A DNA stretch of 64,000 nucleotides. Origin: Lama guanicoe (Eukaryota). Below the pieces are notes generated by a model. That model saw only the letters and a program-made list of their open reading frames with translations. It did no database searches and had not been told where the DNA came from. Made by a program: the position numbers and the translations under genes. Positions 25,214 through 37,419 of this stretch are shown piece by piece; within the stretch, counting starts at the first letter, position 1, and every line of letters begins with the position of its first letter. The stretch covers positions 753,079 through 817,078 of the forward strand of contig MU053352.1 in assembly GCA_013239625.1 (NCBI GenBank). The letters are read 5' to 3'.

Positions 25214-27560
25214 ATGAAATGGAATCCAAAAAATCCAAATATAATGAGAATTGTACACAATGGCCACGTGAAATTTATCCAAGGAATGCAAGCTTGGTTT
25301 AGCATCAAAAAATTAATTAATGTAATACACAGTATCAATAGAATAAATAACAAAAACTACCTGATCATCCCAATAGATGCACTGAAAACATTTCACAAAA
25401 TCCAACCCCTTTTTGTGGTAAAAATACTTGTCAAAGTAGGAGTAGAAGGGAACTTCCTCAACCTGATAAAACGTATACATGAAAAACCTACAGCTAACAT
25501 CATACTTAATGCTGAAAGTATGTAGGCTTTCCTGCTAAGATCAGGAAAAAGATAAGATGTACACTCTTGCCACTTCTATTCAGCATTGTATTAGAGGTTC
25601 TAACCAAGAAAATTAGGTAAGAAAAAGAACTGAATTGGAAAGGAAAAAATAGAAGTATATTTTCAGATGACAGGATTTGTACATAGAAAATCTGAAGGAA
25701 TACACAGAAAAGTTAATAGTACTAGTAAACAAGTTTACCTAGGTTGCGGGATACAAGATCAATATGCAGAATTATTGATTTTACATATACACTTGCAATG
25801 AACAATCTTAAAATGAAATTAAGAAAACAATTCTTTTCATAATAGCCTAAAAAAATTAAAATGCTGAGTAATCATTGAACAAAAGATTTGCAATACATAC
25901 TCTCAAACTACAAAACATTGCTGAAAGAAATGAAGGAGATCTAAATATATGGGAAAGAACATCATGTCCATGGATTTGAAGACTTTCTATTGTTAAGTGG
26001 CAACAATCTCCTCCAAGTTGATCTACAGATGCAGCACCATCAATATCAGAATCCCAGCTTGCTTCTTTGTAGAAACTGACAAAATGATTCTAGATTTCAC
26101 ATGGAATTGCAAAGGACCCAGAATAACCAAAACAATACTGAAAAAGAAGAACAAAGTTAGAGGACTCATAACTTCCCAATTTCAAAACTTATTACAAAGC
26201 AACAAGAATCAGGACAGTGTGTTACTGGCATAGGAAGAGAATGTAGGTCAATGAACTAGAATTGAGAGTCTGGAATTAAGCCCATGTGTCTGTAATGAGC
26301 TATTTTTTGACAAGATTGCTCTGGTCATTCCAGGGGAAAATACAGTCTTCAATAAATAGTGCTGGGACAACTGGATAGACACATGCAAAAGCATGAAGTT
26401 GGATCCCTACCTCACATTATATAGAAATAATAGTGAAAAATAGATCAAAACCTAAAAGTATAAAACTCTTAGAGGAAAATGTAGAGTTGAGTTAAGTCTT
26501 TATGACCTCATATTTGACAGTGGATTCTTAGATATGACACCAAAAGCTTGAGGAACAAAAGAAAAATAGATAAATTGTACTTCATCAAAATTAAAAACTT
26601 CTGTGCTTCAAAGGACACTATCAAGAAAGGGAAATGATGACCCACAGGAAGTGAGAAAATATTTACAAATCATATATCTGATAAAGAAATGGTATCTAGA
26701 CTATATAAAGAACTTTTATAATCCAATAATAAGAAGACCAATAACCCAATTTTAAAATCAGTGAAGGACTTAAATAGGCATTTCTCCAAAGAAGATATTC
26801 AAATAATCAGTAAACATGAAAAGATACTCAAATTCATTAGTCATCAGGGAAATGCAAATCAAAGCCATGAGATACCACTTAATACCCACTAGAATGGCTA
26901 TAATGAAAAAGTCAAATAATAACAAGTGTTGGTGAGGATGTGAAGAAATCAGAACCCTTATATGCTGTTGATGGAAATGTAAAAGAATGCATCCCTTTGG
27001 AAAACAGTAGACACTAAACATAGAATTACCACCTGACCCAGCAGTGCCATTCTTAAGTATCTACTCAACAGAAATGAAAACCTATGTCCACATAAAAACT
27101 TGTACATGAATGTTTATAGCAGCATTATGCATAATAGCCCCACACTATGACCAATCCAAATGCACATCAATTAGTGAATGGAGAACCAGAATATGGGAAC
27201 AAGGAAATATTATTCAGCAATGAAAAAGTAATGAAGTATCGATACAAGCTACAACATGGATGAACCTCAAAAACATTATGCTAAGTGAAAGTAGCCAGAC
27301 ATAAATGGTCCATATTGCATGATTCCACTTATACCAAATGCCCTGAAATGGCATATTTATAGACTCAGAAAGGTTAATGTTTGTCTGGAGCTGAGATTGG
27401 GAGTGGAGATGACTGCAGATGATCACAGGGGGACTTGAATAGGGTGATGTCAATATTCTAAAATAATTGTGGTGATGGTTGTGTAACTCTATAAAGTCAC
27501 TAAAAATTATTGAATCGTATACTTATCATCGGCAAATTTTATGGTATAAATATCTCAATA
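25214..27560 (+). mobile_element. 5'-truncated degenerate L1 (ORF2 RT region to 3' UTR)
   Basis: Translation FIQGMQAWFSIKKLINVIHSINRINNKNYLIIPIDALKTFHKIQ resembles L1 ORF2p reverse transcriptase. Continues through the C-terminal region and 3' UTR to CTCAATA. Confidence 0.9.
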
Positions 27561-27574
27561 GAACGGGGTGGGGG

Positions 27575-28255
27575 GCTGTGGAAAACAGTTTGGAGATCCC
27601 TTAAAAGACTAGGAATAGACTTACCATATGACCCAGGAATCCTGCTCCTGGGCATATATCCAGAAGGAACCCTACTTCAAAAAGACACCTGCACCCCAAT
27701 GTTCATAGCAGCACTATTTACAATAGCCAAGACATGGAAACAGCCTAAGTGTTCATTGTTCATCAACAGATGCCTGGATAAAGAAGAAGTAGTATATTTA
27801 TACAATGGAATACTATTCAGCCATAAAAACCGACAACATAACGCCATTGGCAGCAACATGGATGTTCCTGGAGAATGTCATTCTAAGTGAAGTAAGCCAG
27901 AAAGAGAAAGAAAAATACCATATGAGATCTCTCATATGTGGAATCTAAAACAAAAACAAAAACATAAATACAAATCAGAAACAGACTCATAGACATAGAA
28001 TACAAACTTGTGGTTGCCAAGGGGGCGGGCGGTGGGAAGGGACAGGCTGGGATTTCAAAATGTAGAATAGATAAACAAGATTATACTGTATAGCACAGGG
28101 AAATATATACAAGATCTTGTGGTAGCTCACAGTGGAAAAAAAATGTGACAATGAATATATGTATGTTCTTGTATAACTGAAAAATTGTGCTCTACACTGG
28201 AATTTGACATAACATTGTAAAATGACTACAACTCAATAAAAAAAAACATAAAAAA
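27575..28255 (+). mobile_element. younger L1 3' end with poly(A) tail
   Basis: LWKTVWRSLKRLGIDLPYDPGILLLGIYP...[21 protein letters not shown] is the L1 ORF2p C-terminus. Followed by a 3' UTR, AATAAA and an A-rich tail. Confidence 0.9.
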
Positions 28256-28286
28256 CCCACGGGGGGGCAAGGAGAATAAATTTCTG

Positions 28287-28393
28287 TTTTTTAAAAAATT
28301 TATTTATTTATTTATAGGAAAGGTACTTGGAATTGAACCCAGAACCTTGCGTATGCTAAGCATGTGCTCTGCCACTTGAGCTATACTCTCCCC
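28287..28393 (-). mobile_element. tRNA-Ala-derived SINE (camelid type)
   Basis: Reverse complement reads GGGGAGAGTATAGCTCAAGTGGCAGAGCACATGCTTAGCATAC...GGGTTCAATTCC, with an (AAAT)n tail. Confidence 0.85.
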
Positions 28394-28798
28394 TCAAGAT
28401 TTCTGTTGTTTTAAACCATCCTATCTGTGGTTAATTTGTGATGGCGACTCTAAGAAATGAATACAGGGTTCATTACACTATTACTTCTACTTTTCTGTAT
28501 GTGTGAAAGTTTTCCTAATAAAATGTTTTTTAAAAAACCCAAACATTTCAAGTCAACTCAGAGGCCTTCAGGTTAGGAGCGGTGGAGACGGTGGCACTGC
28601 CTTCAGAGAGCATGTGCTCTGTCTAACGGGGATCTCTCAGCTCCAGGGGTTGTGGTTCTGTGGAATATGCACCCAGGGATGCTAGGGCTTCCAATTTGTC
28701 AAAATAAACTGAGAATCCATATTTTTCTGTGCCATTAGTTTGTAATTAATTCAAAATCTTAAAAACTTGTGTGGCTTTTCGAAGTAAGAACATGGCAA

Positions 28799-28800
<2 letters not shown>

Positions 28801-28854
<54 letters not shown>
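28801..28854. repeat. (GT)27 microsatellite
   Basis: Perfect GT run. Confidence 0.97.
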
Positions 28855-28856
<2 letters not shown>

Positions 28857-30364
28857 ACCCTTTAAATGCCCTCATAAAAGTAAGACAGAGTAGGATAACA
28901 AAAGACCATCCCCTACCCACCCCCGCCGCCCACATACACACACATACGCAGCCCCTGTTTGGGCCAGCTAAGATTTCTGCTGATTGGATCTGATCCTCAA
29001 ATAACACTGACAATACAGGTTTCTTAAGTGCCTATTGTATGTCAAACACTATGAAGGCATTTTATGGGCTATATTTCACTTAATCATCATGAGGTAGCTA
29101 TTATTCATAAGGAATTTTTTTTATACACGAGGAAACTGAGGCAAAGAGTTTGCATGTGCTCTCTCTCTTCCTCCATAACTCATGAGTTGTTTTGAAAGGT
29201 CAGTATCAACTGGTCAGAAGAATGGACCCTGGAATCAGATAAACCTGGATTCAAAACTCAGCCCTGAGGTTAAGCACTATATGACTGTGGGCAATATACT
29301 GAAACTCTGAGAGCCTCAGTTTCCTTATGTGTATAATGGAGATATCAGTGCTTAATTCATGGGGCTATTAAAGGATTAAAGGAGACAGTGTATGTCAAAT
29401 GCTAAGCCTGTAATACAACTGTAATTACTGTAAATACAACTAGGAAATAGAAGATGTGAGCTATCATTATTTTTATTTTAAAATACTGTTGCTGGGTGCA
29501 AGAATTTGTTTCTTTAACTGTAACTTCCCCCTAGCACATTCAACTAAAATCCAACCAACACCAAACTTCCTGGAAAATATCCCTGTGAAGAAATCTTGGT
29601 TTTCTTTTAAACAAATAGGTTGTAACCATTGTTCACCACGTGTACAAATGGCACACGTGCTCTGTACAATGCTTTGTTGCTGCGCCTTTCTGGAGAGCAT
29701 TTAGCTGCCAGGGACAGGATTTCCTCCCCTCCACCCTGTGCTGGGGTAGGAACTGTCTGTCCAGAGATTCCTGATCTCTTGACTGTTTCTTCCTGCCTGC
29801 CCAGCAGATGGTGACTGAGGTTTTTGTTTTCCTTTCCATTCAATGCTGTAGGGCTGACTTCAGAGGGAGTAAAGCAGTCCCAGGACAGATTCTGATTGGC
29901 TCAGCTGGAATTTGACGTCCGCCACTGGGCTAATCATCTGTGGCCGGGGAGGGTCATCTCAGAAAGGGGGTTGTGGGCACTGACTCTCTGAGATTCAAGG
30001 ACATGGGTTGTCTGGCTCATGCAGCCAGACAAGAGTCGCTGAGATGTACCTGCGTTTCAGGTCGATGCCAGAGATGACAACCATGGTCCACTGGGGCACA
30101 TCACTGGGAGACGTCATCGATGTTTTTTCTGTTTTGGTTGTGCACCAAGTGTATTAACGGTTACCTCTGGGGATTCGGACCTCAGAACAGAAAAGAAAGA
30201 TTTTCACTTTCTATACCTTTGTGTTGTTTAACATTTTTTCTTTTCAATGTAGTTTATTTTTTTTAGCACCTTTTAGATTTATAGAAAAATTGAGAAAATA
30301 GGATAGAGTTTTTATATACCCCTAATCTAATTTCCCTACTAAAACGTCTTACATTAGTAGGATA

Positions 30365-30678
30365 TGTTAGCCCTGCTTACCCGTAGGTTCCACATCAGCA
30401 GATTCAACCAACCTGATAGAAAAAAAAATTCCAGAAAATTCCCAAAAGCAAAACTTGAATTTGCTGCTATAGGCGACTATTTAAAAAGTATTTACATTGT
30501 ATTACAAAAAACTACAAATGATTTAAAGTATAAGGGAGGCCATGTGTAGGTTATATGCAAATACTATGCCATTTTATATAAGACACTTAAGCATCTGAGG
30601 ACTTTGGTACCTGCAAAGGGTGGGGTGGGGTGGGGGTCCTAGAACTGATTCCCCATGGATACTGAGGGATGACTATAT
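30365..30678. mobile_element. Tigger/MER2-like MITE
   Basis: Ends CCCGTAGGTTCCACATCAGCAGATTCAACCA and CCCCATGGATACTGAGGGATGACTATA. Confidence 0.65.
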
Positions 30679-31231
30679 ACTTTGTATGATTAATGAACCA
30701 TTATTGATATGTTGTTATTAACTAAAGTCCACAGTTTGATGAGATTTTCTTAGTTTTTACCTAGTGTCCTTTTTCTGTTCCAGGATCCTGTCCAGGAGCC
30801 CCCATTATACTTGGTTGTCGTCTCTCCTCTTGTCTCTGAGTTTCTTATACTTTCCTTGTTGATGATGACCTTGACAGTTCTGAGAACGGGTCAAGCTTTT
30901 TGTGGGCTGCTCCACTCTTGGATTCATCCAGTGATTTTCTCGTAAGGCTGGGTTATTGGGAGGAAGACCACAGAGCTTTCCACTTCCATGACGTCATATT
31001 GAGCACACAGGCTGTCAGCATGACTGGTGACTGTTGATGTTGGCCTTGATCACCTGGCTGATGGAGTGTTTTTCAGGTTTCTCCACTCTTAAGTCACTCT
31101 TTGTCCCCTTTTTCCATATTGTACATTTTGGAAGGAAGTCACTATGCACACAGCCTTTGCCTAAAAAGTGGGGCTTTATGCCCCTCTCCTCGAGGGCAGC
31201 GTATCTACATGAGTTATTTGGAATTCTTTTG

Positions 31232-31655
31232 TGTATTAGCTTCCTAAAGCTGGGATAACAAATTACTGCAGACTAGATGGCTTAAAACAACAGAAATTCA
31301 TTCTCTCAGTGTTCTGGAGGCTGGAAGTCTGGAGTCCAGGTGTCAGCAGGGCCAGATTCCCTCTGAAGGTTCCAGGGAAGAATTGTTCCTTGCCCTCTTC
31401 CAGCTTCTGGTGGCCCCAGGCATCACTTGGCTAGTGGAAGCTTCCCTCCAATCTCTGCTCCACCTTCACCTGGCCTGTGTATCTTATGTTCTTCTTATAA
31501 GGACACCAGGCATTGGATTATAGGCTCACTCTGAACCCGGTATATCTCGAGATCTTTAAGTAATTACAATGGCAAAGACTCTATTTCCAAATCAAGCCAC
31601 ATTCTGACTTTTCAGTGGACACAAGTTTTGGGGGACACTACTCAGTCTACTCCAT
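31232..31655 (-). mobile_element. MLT1 (MaLR) LTR
   Basis: TGTATTAGCTTCCT...GGCTTAAAACAACAGAAATTCATTCTCTCA...TTCTGGAGGCTGGAAGTC...GGGGACACTACTCA. Confidence 0.8.
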
Positions 31656-32299
31656 CTTGCAAGGGAGATTTGTCTCTTCTCTCTCCTTATTAATTTATTC
31701 CATCATTTATAGTATTATAAGCCAAGGCATATTTTTTATGTTGGCTCATAACCCAATGCTGCTTTAACTTTTTGTTTAAGTTGTTTCAGATTTAGCCATT
31801 AGAAGCTCTTTCAGTTGGTTCCTGTGACATAGTCTCAATATGATTATGATTATTATTACTATTATTATTTTTTTGAACACTTCCTTACTCTCTGGCAGGA
31901 CGCTCTAGGCTCATCTTGTGTATTTCCTGTTTCAGTTCTAGAATCAGCCATTTCTTTAAGGAGCTCTGGTTCCTTTTATAGAGGAATGGCTTAGAAACCA
32001 AGATCTGAACATTAGGCATTCTTGTGGCTACTGGGGTGTCATTTCCTTTAGGCCCTCTCAGCTGACAGAGCAAAAAAGTTGTTTCTACATGTATATATAC
32101 ATTTGTATATGTGACTGTCTATATCTATATTAAGCTGATCGTGAGCTCATGCTGATGTATCCAGTTCTAATCTATTACCATATGGATCATTCTAGCTCCC
32201 TTCCCTTGCTTGTCTGTAAACTCCTGTTCCAACAGTGAGAAACTCACCCCCAATATCTGACATCCGTTTACATCTGAATTGTTCCATTCCAGTATATGT

Positions 32300-32665
32300 G
32301 TGTTCACCAGCAAGGAAGCTCTCCTGTTGTTTGGGGGGATTTGGAGGCTTCATTACATAGGTGTAATAGATTAAATCATCGGGCATTGGTGGTTGAACAC
32401 AATCTCCAGCCCCTTTTCCCTCCTTGAAAGTTGGGGGTGAGGTGGGACTGAACGTTACAATTCTCTAATCACATGGTTCATTTCCTTGGCAACCAGCCCC
32501 CATCCTAAGGTTACTGAAGGGCTTTCCAAAAGTCACCTCATTAACATAACAAAACACACCTTTTTGGCTCTTACCACAGGAAATTCCAAGGGTTTTAGGA
32601 GCTCCATGCCAGAACTGGGATGAAGACCAGATACAAAATTCTTATTATAAATCAGAATATCATAC
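32300..32665. mobile_element. MER21-like ERVL LTR fragment
   Basis: GGAGGCTTCATTACATAGG...ATTAAATCAT...CAATCTCCAGCCCC...GGAAATTCCAAGGGTTTTAGGAGCTC. Confidence 0.6.
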
Positions 32666-33644
32666 CCGGCATCCACTGATCATTTTACTGTCTCTGTAGT
32701 TTTGTCTTTTCCATTTGGAATCATGTAATATATAGCCTTTTCATACTGGCTTCTTTCACTTTGCATTATGCATTTAGGGTTCTTTCACATCTTTTCATGG
32801 CTTGATAGCTCATTTCTTTATATTGCTGATTAATAGTCCTTTGATTGCGTGGTTGTATCGTGGTTTGCTTATCCATTCATATTGAAAGACATCTTTGTTA
32901 CTTTAAGTTTGGAGTAATTATGAATAAAGCTGCTATAAACATTTCCATACAGGTTTTTGTGAGAGATGTTGTTGATAATTTGGGAGGGGGTTCTTGAGAC
33001 CCTGTTTTTGCCTCTGTTGATCCATGTTCTCAGATGTAGTATGAGAAACATCATTCATGGGTTTGCACCATTATAGTGAGGGTTGTGAGGTTTGAAGAGA
33101 CCATCATTCCGGCTTGGAGAATCTTTCTCCATTCCCAGACTGTGGCCTTGACTGCCCAACACATTGACAACTTGCCTGTTCCTTCAAGACTCCAGTCTTT
33201 CCTCAGAGTATCCCGCTGCTCCATATTCCTCCACCTGCAACTCCCTGAACCCTCAGCTGAACTCATTACTTTCTCCCTCAAACCTGCACTAGATCCTTTA
33301 TTCACTCATTTGGAGGGGACAGCCTTCCCCATATCATACATGACCTTCTCTGCTTCCCCCCACATTTGGTCTGTTATCCAGGCTGTGGATTCACCCTGCA
33401 GTCTCTTCCTCCTCTGTTCTATCACCATTTCTCCTCCTTAAGGGGCATCTTTCTAATCTGCCCCCTACACTGTGAACTTGGTGTTTCAAACAAACTAATG
33501 CCATTTCATGCCTCTACATCTTTGCATAAGTTGTTCTCTCCACCAGGGTATACCCTTCCCCTCAATTGTCTGGGAAATTCATAGCTATCTTTCAAAACTC
33601 TGCTCAGGCTTCTGAAAAGCTTTGTTTAACTTCTATTTATAATT

Positions 33645-33798
33645 TTGCTACTCAAACTGTGGTCTGCAAATGACCAATCTTTAACATCACCTGGGAACTG
33701 GTAGGAATGCAGGTCCTATCCCAGATTCACTGAATCTGGATCTGCATTTTAAACGATGCTAGGTGACTTGTGTGCAAGCTGAAGTTTGTGTAGTGCTC
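33645..33798. mobile_element. MER5-like MITE
   Basis: CTACTCAAACTGTGGTC...CATCACCTGGGAAC...ACTGAATC...TCTGCATTTTAA...AAGTTTG. Confidence 0.65.
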
Positions 33799-34397
33799 TG
33801 TGCCACTTATGACACTGCACTTCTGCTGTGACATAGGTTTCATTTTTTGTAATTGCTTGTGTCTGTTTTACCCTCAAGACTGTGAGTTCCCCGAGGTCAG
33901 GGTCAGGGTCCATACCCCATTCAGAGGCCAACCCAGACTGTGGCAACTGAAATATTTGTTGAACCCACAGGGTTCTTCAGACCTGGATCTGAGCCCATTG
34001 TTAAAAAGAAGAATTACAGAAGTGAGGTTCTTTTGGAACATTATTTTACTTTGTCCTCATAAAGATATTATTAAACAGTGTATACCTCCCTCCTTGTTTT
34101 CCCTTAGGATGAATTAATAAAAGAATCAAATGGAAAAATGAACAAGGGTTTATGTACAAGAATGTTTATAATTGTACAAAATTACTTAAATAATCAACTT
34201 TATGCAGCTGTTAAAAATAGTGTCATGTGAATATATAAATATAGAAAGCTAACATGCATCATAAACTTATAAACCTTTATAATTTTTAAAAATTATAAAT
34301 TATTTATAAATTTAACACATTCAAACAGTATAGAACCACGTGGGTAAGCATTAAAAGTAACCGTCTGTCCCACAGCGTTTGTTAATTGATAGGCTTT

Positions 34398-34918
34398 TGT
34401 TACTTACCCTCTCGAGTCAGTTCCCAATGAGGGTCCTTCTCCCTGGTGTCATCAGAGAGAATAAAATGAGACTGAGTTTGGTTCGGAAGCGAATGAAAGC
34501 TTTATCCTTTGATTAAAGAATGGAGAGGTGTGAGCTTGCAGTGTAAAGTACAATGTTGGTGGGGCTATTTTATGGGGATTCATCAGCAGGGAGGGGAGAG
34601 GACGGAGCTCTCACTGTGCTGTGCCAGGTCCACATTGCAGGGTAGCCATAGCGTCTCTGCACACGGGCCCTGCAGCGTATCTGCACACGGCTCGCATGGT
34701 CTCTGCACACGGCTCGGGCTGCCATCTTGGACTGAGGTGTCCGCATAGCGGTTTGGCACCAGGAAGTCTGGCTGAAGGGCCCGGTGCGAGGCCTCTGCAC
34801 ACACGAGTAAAACTAGACTAAGCACAAAGGTTAAAAAAAAAAAAAAAAAAGCTTAGATTTTGTTACCCAAGTTCTATTTTTGTTTCCTGGGAACTGTTAA
34901 CGGGCTTTACCAGCAACA
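34398..34918 (-). mobile_element. young ERV solo LTR (521 bp)
   Basis: Termini TGTTAC...GCAACA with a perfect 4-bp TSD CTTT (34394-34397 and 34919-34922). Retains CpGs within AT-rich flanks. Strand is inferred from a TATA-like CATAAAA and a GATAAA on the minus strand. Confidence 0.75.
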
Positions 34919-37419
34919 CTTTCATCCTCTTAGAATTTCTGGTCCAGAAGGATAGAAGTGACGTGGTCTATGGTGTGAGGTGACAGCTTCTAAAGTCCAT
35001 TCACAATGTTAAATTTTATTATTATTGATATATATGGTCTTAATAGATCCTGTACTTTCTTTAGTAAGTCCACCTAGTTTTCCTACATCATGTAAAAAAC
35101 AGATCACTATTTTTCAGTTGAGTATCAGTTTGCATTTAGAGGTCAAGTTGCAATATATACACATTCATACATACACATACACATATATCTCTGTGCCACT
35201 CTTTCTTTATCTCCAAGCCCTTTGAATTATATTTGGGTAGTTTAGAAGCTCCAGTTGTGCAATTGATTAGCACGTGGTGCTTATATTTGAGTAATTTAAA
35301 TTAAACTTTTAACCCTCGCCTCCCCCCAAAAAACCGAGAACACATTTTTCTGCCACTTGCTTTCCTTAATATTTTTCCAAGTCTCCTCACATAAATCTAC
35401 CTTAATCTTTTCAATAACTACATCATTGTTTATGGGGGTATCATAATTTACTCCGTTCCCTTGCTGACAGACTTCTTAGTTGTTTGTCATTGTTTCTTAT
35501 TATGAACAATGCTGTTATAAATACCCTTTTACATATGTATTTGGCTTTCTTTTATAAAATAACTTTTTATAATTTAAAAGTAATGCACATCCATGGTTAA
35601 ATTTTTAAAGAAAATTACAGAAAAGCATAATGCATAAAAATGAAAATTAATTCCATCACCATGAGATACTGAGTCTCAGCTTTTCATAGTAAAATTTTTA
35701 ATTTATTTTACTAGAATTTAATAGGAGAAAAAGAACTGCAGTAAAACCAAAGTCTCCCTTTGCCACCCCACCCCACCTCTGCCAAATTCTTCTATATTTA
35801 AAAAAAGATTATGAGATAGTACAAGAATGGGAACATTGTGCATTTGGTTAAACTTTGTTTATCTTAGTAGATATAACTTTAAATTTCTACATAATAAAAC
35901 TTTTAACACCTGCCGAATGAAAATCAGAGGACAACTGTGATGTCTAAATAGACAATAAACACTCACATGCACATTTAAAAATTTTTTTGAAAGGAACAAA
36001 GTTTAAAACCTAAACCCGCTAGAAGAAAGGAACTGAGAAAGGCTGATCTCCAAGAAATTATTCAATAAAAGTGACAAACTGCTTGTAGGAAAAAAAAAAA
36101 AACCTATCCCATCCTGGCAAGAAACATCCTGGGAACATATTTACACCTCCTGTGTATTCTAAACCCAACAAATTAATCATGAATTCAGAATATTAATCTT
36201 ACTCCTCGCTCAATTTTTTTTTGTCCAGTAGGGTTGAGCACTGTTTCAAATTTGTTAAAAAAACAAAGCAAAACACTTTGCTGAGCTTTGAACATGCACA
36301 TTCAAGCACCTCTGCTGAATGACCCGAGGCCCAAAGGAGTGTTTTATAATGTGTCTTGAACTTGCTTGAAATTAAGTTCTGTGTCTGTGATGCAGAGCTT
36401 AAAGGTGACCACCTGCAAAGATGACTTGCTAGTCTGCTTTGTGAGCCAAGGAGAGACCATAGTTCAGAATCTTGCCTTGTTTGGCGCACTTCCTCCCCAT
36501 CCCCCCTTCACTTTACCTATTTACTTTCATTTCTGCTCAGAAAGCCCTGTAGAACTTGCGTTTGAGGGACATGACTCTCCCTTGCCAGGAAGGCAATAAA
36601 TTCAGCTTTGTTTCTGACTATAATTTGGTGGTCTTTGTTTCTTACTGGCTAAATCACCATCAAGTGTCCTAAATTATGTTCATTTTAGCTTGATTGTGAT
36701 TTTCCAGCATCGCTTATACCCATATTCCACTGTTTCTAACTGCACTCTTCCTTTTGGTCTTTTATGTTCATCTTTTCAGAACTTTCAGATTGTCACATAT
36801 TCAACTTGCCCAATGGCATCTATTTTTATTCTTTAAGTTTTTGTCCCAGAGGACTCTAACGTCCAATTCTAGTTTTAACACATTGTGTTTTATCTCTTCT
36901 TTCTAGCTGTCAGGTTGGGATTCTTTCAAACCTTCTCTTGCTTTAGTTCCACTGTTTCTTGTTTTCCCAGTCTTTTTCCTGGACTCCCTTATCGATTTGT
37001 TGAAGTCTCAAGTATTTTTTTTTCAGAGAAGGTGCACAAGAGAAAGTTTCAGAGTTCCTGCTTGTCTTCAGATATCTTCTTTTGTCCTCACATTTGCTTA
37101 ACAGTATGGCTGGATATGGGCTTTCCATTCAAAATAATTTTCTTTGTACAAAACCATCATATAAAAATAGAAATTGCATTATTTTAACAACTGGCACTAG
37201 AATTCATTTAAGGGTGGGGACTGTAAGGGGTGGGAAAAATATACTGATAAGCTCTCGTGGATAGACGAAAAGGATAAGAGTGTGGGGGAGAGACCAGGAG
37301 AAAAAGGAAATCAACTACACTGCTCATTATGTAACAAGACAGGGAGCTTATACTGGTTCTGGGAGAGCAGAGCACTGGAGAGGATGTCTGATGCCCAGTG
37401 TGAAATGGACTATGTTGCT

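Larger units (their letters stand above)
30240..32965 (-). mobile_element. old L1M 3' region with nested insertions
   Basis: Antisense L1MC/MD-type 3' UTR pieces (TTTAGATTTATAGAAAAATTGAG..., CTTTTTCTGTTCCAGGATCC..., TATGAATAAAGCTGCTATAAACAT), interrupted by Tigger-like, MLT1 and MER21-like elements. Confidence 0.65.

Noticed and set aside
25214..27890. Active reverse transcriptase gene
   Set aside because: L1 ORF2 homology is broken by many stops and frameshifts and is 5'-truncated.
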